Source: an uncultured Acidobacteriota bacterium (GTDB taxonomy: Bacteria > Actinomycetota > Acidimicrobiia > Spongiisociales > ZC4RG35). Taken from it: a stretch of DNA of 64,000 nt. The stretch lies in assembly GCA_963746905.1 (NCBI GenBank), contig CAVVCY010000003.1, positions 484,419 through 548,418 of the forward strand, given 5' to 3'. Under the pieces are notes generated by a model. That model saw nothing but the letters and a program-made list of their open reading frames with translations, was not told the DNA's origin and searched no databases. Below, piece after piece: positions 60,062 through 64,000 of the stretch; the stretch's first letter is position 1; each line of letters opens with the position of its first letter. The translations under genes were made by a program, and so were the position numbers.

Positions 60062-61248
60062 CCGCCGCTCCCGTCCCCAAAACCCCGAATCCTCAGGGCG
60101 TTGAGATTGATGAAGCCTTCGGCGTCGGCCTGCCGATAGACCTCGTCGGCTTCAAAGGTGGCGGAGCCGGCGTCGTACAGGCTCTTGGGCGCCCTTCTCC
60201 CGGTCACCGTGGCGGATCCCTTGTAGAGCACGATCCGAGCCTCGCCTGTGACCGGCTTTTGGATTTCGTCCATGAACCCCTGGAGCCCGACCCTTTCCGG
60301 GCTGAACCAGAACCCGTTGTAGACCATGTCGGCATATCTGGGCACCAGCTGGTCCCGGAGATGCATCAACTCGCGGTCGAGAGTCAGCGACTCCACGGCA
60401 CGATGTGCGAGGTGAAGGAGGGTTCCCCCCGGTGTCTCGTAGACCCCGCGGCTCTTCATGCCAACGAACCGGTTCTCGACGATGTCGATCCTCCCCACGG
60501 CATTGCGGCCGGCGATCTCATTTGCCCTCTCCAGCAACGGCACGGGTCCGAGAACCTCGGAGTTGATCGAGACCGGATTGCCGGCTTCGAAGCCGACGAT
60601 CACTTCCTCGGCCTCATCGGGGGCATCGGCAGGATCGACTGTGAGCCGGAACATCTTCCCGGGTGGCGCGGTCCACGGATCCTCGAGGACACCCCCTTCG
60701 TAGGAGACGTGGAGAAGGTTGGCATCCGTCGAGTAGGGGGCTTCCTTGGTCACCGGCACCGCGATCCCGCGTTCGCGGGCGTAATCCATCAGATCCGACC
60801 GGCCCTTGAGCGACCACTCCCGCCACGGCGCGATGACCTTGAGATCCGGGGCGAGGGCGGCGATTGAAAGCTCGAATCGAACCTGGTCGTTTCCCTTCCC
60901 GGTGGCTCCATGGGAAATGGTGTCTGCCCCGAACTGGCGAGCACAACGGACCATGCCCTCGCTGATGATGGGGCGGGCCAGGGAAGTGCCCATCAGGTAA
61001 TGGCCCTCGTAGATTGCGGACGCCCGCAGCGCCGGAAAGACGGCACCGGTGACAAAGCGGTCGCGGAGATCTTCGACCACGGCCTCCGACGCCCCGGTCT
61101 CCAAAGCCTTCACCTTGGCCTCTTCCACCTCCGCCCCCTGACCCACATCGGCGGTGTAGGTCACGACTTCGGCACCGTGTTCCTCGCGCAACCAGGCCAG
61201 GATCACCGAGGTATCGAGACCCCCCGAATATGCGAGTACGACCTTCAT
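60058..61248 (-). CDS. argG: Argininosuccinate synthase
   Basis: From the ATG at 61248: [20 protein letters not shown]... (PP-loop); 396 aa. Confidence 0.95.
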   Translation of the reverse strand: MKVVLAYSGGLDTSVILAWLREEHGAEVVTYTADVGQGAEVEEAKVKALETGASEAVVEDLRDRFVTGAVFPALRASAIYEGHYLMGTSLARPIISEGMVRCARQFGADTISHGATGKGNDQVRFELSIAALAPDLKVIAPWREWSLKGRSDLMDYARERGIAVPVTKEAPYSTDANLLHVSYEGGVLEDPWTAPPGKMFRLTVDPADAPDEAEEVIVGFEAGNPVSINSEVLGPVPLLERANEIAGRNAVGRIDIVENRFVGMKSRGVYETPGGTLLHLAHRAVESLTLDRELMHLRDQLVPRYADMVYNGFWFSPERVGLQGFMDEIQKPVTGEARIVLYKGSATVTGRRAPKSLYDAGSATFEADEVYRQADAEGFINLNALRIRGFGDGSGG

Positions 61249-62663
61249 TCCTCTTCCTCTGACGACAGCGCCGGCCCGGGGTCGGCGATGCCGCGCTCCA
61301 GGGCCCATTCCCGCACCAACGCGTAGGCCGCCTCGTCTGAGTACGGACCGTCATCGATGCGACGTTCGAGCAGTAAGTCCATGATGTCACCAACCATCCT
61401 GCCCGGCGGAATCGCGAGATACTCCATGACCTGGTGACCGTCAATGGGAGCTCGAAGCGCGGCTAGCTCCTCTTGCTCGGAGAGCACTTCGATCCGGGTT
61501 TCGAGCTCGCCAATCCGGTTGGTGATCTCCTTTTCCCGTCTCGGGTTGGCAGTGGTGACGTCACAACGAACCAGCTCGTTCAGATAACCGAGCAGGGGAC
61601 CGGCATCGCGCACGTAGCGGCGGACGGCCGAGTCGGTCCATCCCATCTTGAGCGTATGGGGCCGAAGGTGGAGGAACACAAGCTGTGAGACGTCGTCGAT
61701 GACCTCCTTCGGATATCGCAGTGCCCCGAGTCGACGACGGGTCATTCGCGCTCCGACCACCTCGTGGTGGTGAAACGACACCCCATCCGGCCCGAACTGG
61801 CGGGTATCCGGCTTCCCGATGTCGTGGAATAGCGCGGCCAGCCGCAGGATCAGATCGGGGGAAGCCTTGTCGACGACTGCAAATGTGTGAGCCAGGACGT
61901 CTTTGTGACGATGATGCGGGTCCTGTTCCATCGCCAGCGCCGGCAATTCAGGTAGGAAATAGGCAGCCAGGCCCGAGCTCACCACACCGTTGAGAGCGGC
62001 CCCAGGCGCCGGGGCGATCAACAACTTGGAGAGCTCGTCCCTGATCCGCTCCGCCGAGACGATCTCGAGCCGATCCGCCATCGAGCCGACAGCGGCCAAT
62101 GCTTCAGGATCGGCCTCGAACCCGAGGCTGGCCTGGAACCGGAACAGGCGCAACATGCGCAACGGGTCGTCCGAGAACGAGACCTTGGGATCGACCGGGG
62201 TCCGCAGTCGCCCTGCCGCCAGGTCGGCGAGGCCCCCATAGGGATCCACGGGCTCCATGGCCATCAGAGGAAGGGCAATGGAATTGACGGTGAAGTCGCG
62301 CCTGGCGAGGTCGTCTTCGATCCGATCCGAAAAGGTGACACGGGGTTTGCGTGAGTCGTCGCGATAGATCTCGTCGCGAAATGTGGTGACCTCCACTGTC
62401 CGCCCACCCTTGATCGCGGCAACGGTTCCGAACGCCGCACCCACCGTGTACACCGCATCCGCCCAGGCCTCGAGGATCCCGGCTATCTGCTCGGGGCGGG
62501 CATCGGTGGCGAAGTCGTAGTCCTCCACGGGACGCTCTAGAAAGGCGTCACGAACCGAGCCGCCGACCAGGTACAGCTGATGGCCTGATTCGGTGAAACG
62601 CGGGGCCAGCTGCGCAGGGGGCAGATCTGGAGAGACGAGAAACTCGAGCCGCTTGGGAATCAC
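61245..62663 (-). CDS. cca: CCA tRNA nucleotidyltransferase (class II polymerase-beta head plus HD domain)
   Basis: GGSVRDAFL...DYDFAT head motifs, HD-domain ...FHDIGKP... Confidence 0.85.
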   Translation of the reverse strand: MIPKRLEFLVSPDLPPAQLAPRFTESGHQLYLVGGSVRDAFLERPVEDYDFATDARPEQIAGILEAWADAVYTVGAAFGTVAAIKGGRTVEVTTFRDEIYRDDSRKPRVTFSDRIEDDLARRDFTVNSIALPLMAMEPVDPYGGLADLAAGRLRTPVDPKVSFSDDPLRMLRLFRFQASLGFEADPEALAAVGSMADRLEIVSAERIRDELSKLLIAPAPGAALNGVVSSGLAAYFLPELPALAMEQDPHHRHKDVLAHTFAVVDKASPDLILRLAALFHDIGKPDTRQFGPDGVSFHHHEVVGARMTRRRLGALRYPKEVIDDVSQLVFLHLRPHTLKMGWTDSAVRRYVRDAGPLLGYLNELVRCDVTTANPRREKEITNRIGELETRIEVLSEQEELAALRAPIDGHQVMEYLAIPPGRMVGDIMDLLLERRIDDGPYSDEAAYALVREWALERGIADPGPALSSEEEE

Positions 62664-62729
62664 CTGCTGAGGTTAAAGCGCTGGAGCTCCCGGGGTTCTG
62701 GCTTGGGACTTGCGACCTGAGACCTGGGA

Positions 62730-63809
62730 CTAAATAGCTATTCCCGCCGCCATGGCCTTGGCCCGAAGCTCATGGACATTACGGGAATGGGGCAAAGCGG
62801 TGGGAAGCTCGATCACCCGATTGACAACCAGCTTCAACATCGACTGGTCGAAAGTCTGCATGCCGAAGAACTCGCTCTCCTTCATGATGTCGATCAGGAC
62901 ACCGGCGTCCTTGGCCCCGATGATCCATTCCTGGACGCGCTCATTGCAGTTCACGATCTCATAGGACAGCACGGAGGTGCCTTCCTGACCTTCGAGCAGC
63001 CGCTGGCTGATGATGCCAAGCATCTGCGAGGCCAACTGAGTGCGGATGATCCCCTGCTCGGTCTCGGGGAAAAGGGAGATGATGCGATTGATCGTGTCCG
63101 CAGGATCAGTCGTGCGCATCGACGAGACCACGAGGTGACCCGTCTCCGATGCCGCGATCGCGGCCCGAGCCGTCTCGAGGTCCTCGATCTCGGACACGAT
63201 GATCACGTCGGTGTCGTGCCGCATGGCACTTCGAATCGCCTGGGCATAGTCGGCCGTGTCGACTCCGACCTCACGCTGGACGACAACGCTTCGCTTGTCG
63301 CTGTGGAGGACTTCGATCGGGTCCTCGATGGTGAGGATCGAGACGCCTCGGTTGGAATTGATCCAGTCGATGATGGCTGACATGGTCGAGGTCTTTCCCG
63401 AGCCCGAGGGCCCGGTAACGAGCAGAAGACCCGATTTCTCAGCGGCGAACTTCTCGATCATGTTGGGTAGGCCCAGCTCGGCAAACGTCTTCGACTCCCG
63501 AACCACCTTGCGGAGAACGAGAGATACCGAGCCACGCTGCCGGAAGGCTGACACCCGGAAGCGACCAAGGTCAGGCCGTCCGTATGCGAAGTCTGCAAAT
63601 CCGAGATTCTTGAAGTCGATCTCAGCCCTCGGAGTGAAAAGTGTGTCGGCGAACGCCTGAGTGTCCTCGGGCGTCAATATGTCAAAGCCTTCAAGCCTGC
63701 GGATCTCACCGTTGATGCGGGCGACGGGCGCCGATCCGACCTTTAGGTGAATGTCGGTCGAGTGTTGTGACCCAGCCTGACGCAGGAGTTCATCGATCTT
63801 GTTTTCCAT
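62730..63809 (-). CDS. pilT: Type IV pilus retraction ATPase PilT
   Basis: Walker A GPSGSGKTST, Asp box, Walker B VIIVSEIED, His box and the C-terminal PilT-specific region. Confidence 0.9.
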   Translation of the reverse strand: MENKIDELLRQAGSQHSTDIHLKVGSAPVARINGEIRRLEGFDILTPEDTQAFADTLFTPRAEIDFKNLGFADFAYGRPDLGRFRVSAFRQRGSVSLVLRKVVRESKTFAELGLPNMIEKFAAEKSGLLLVTGPSGSGKTSTMSAIIDWINSNRGVSILTIEDPIEVLHSDKRSVVVQREVGVDTADYAQAIRSAMRHDTDVIIVSEIEDLETARAAIAASETGHLVVSSMRTTDPADTINRIISLFPETEQGIIRTQLASQMLGIISQRLLEGQEGTSVLSYEIVNCNERVQEWIIGAKDAGVLIDIMKESEFFGMQTFDQSMLKLVVNRVIELPTALPHSRNVHELRAKAMAAGIAI

Positions 63810-63887
63810 GTCCCTTCCCGGAATGTCTTCCCAGCAGCTGTTTATCGGCCGCCGACAACCGAAATTGAAGGAAATCGCTGGTCAGAT

Positions 63888-64000
63888 CGGCCAGTGCCTT
63901 GCCACGGCCTCGAAAATGGGATCGAGGACACGGCCCGCCGGCTGAGGGGAGGACAACGGGTCTCCGAACTCGCCGCTGCCGGCAATTCCGCGCAGCGTCG
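63888..64000 (-). CDS. 3' end of an unidentified minus-strand gene (partial, runs off the window)
   Basis: An open frame ending ...GRVLDPIFEAVARHWPI* with a TGA at about 63888-63890. No identification is possible from 37 residues. Confidence 0.25.

Noticed and set aside
62730-63809. Type IV pilus gene cluster
   Set aside because: Only pilT is present. No pilB/pilC/pilM-Q or pilin genes are in the window.

Overview
High-GC (by eye roughly 65-70%) chromosomal segment, most consistent with Actinomycetota. Supporting signs are ECF sigma/anti-sigma pairs, a bS22 mini-ribosomal protein, Lnt, and a conserved rpsF-ssb-rpsR-rplI-dnaB block. The content is almost entirely housekeeping or accessory-metabolic.

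Main gene content, in order:
- A uric-acid/allantoin catabolic operon on the minus strand: allantoinase, an allantoicase fused to OHCU decarboxylase, a frameshifted HIU hydrolase, and urate oxidase. It sits next to a CNNM/TlyC protein, an unknown 439-aa protein, and a partial amidohydrolase.
- hdeD, a secreted lipoprotein plus a CRTAC1/FG-GAP-ASPIC protein, a class-III aminotransferase, and a SulP/STAS gene remnant.
- A TrpB2-like PLP enzyme, an MBL hydrolase, acs, lnt, an IMPase-like gene, an amidohydrolase, and an M3 peptidase.
- A copper cluster (K+ channel, copZ, copA), a PAC2 protein, and a 29-aa bS22 gene.
- A DAG-kinase-like lipid kinase, a PAP2 phosphatase, cimA preceded by a classical Ile-codon leader-peptide attenuator, and an APH-family kinase.
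- A five-gene minus-strand block: two tandem ECF sigma/anti-sigma pairs followed by a beta-lactamase-fold lipoprotein.
- thrB, a CDF transporter, an aldehyde dehydrogenase, tRNA-Gly(CCC) followed by tandem copies of a two-hairpin REP-like element, and dcd.
- dnaB, rplI, rpsR, ssb, rpsF, panB, nfo, pyrE, an arylsulfatase, uppS, HlyIII, pepP, argH, argG, cca, and pilT.

No CRISPR array, transposase, integrase, prophage or recognisable defence/toxin system was found.

The most notable patterns:
- Six genes are broken by single-base indels, five of them in G/C homopolymer runs. This points to homopolymer sequencing/assembly error rather than biology.
- A previously unannotated Ile-attenuator sits in front of cimA.
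- Several small unannotated genes are present: bS22, a Zn-ribbon protein and a KE-rich peptide.
- A family of two-hairpin REP-like repeats occurs three times.

I found no evidence in this window for a large novel multi-gene system.

Coordinates derived by hand may be off by 1-2 nt.
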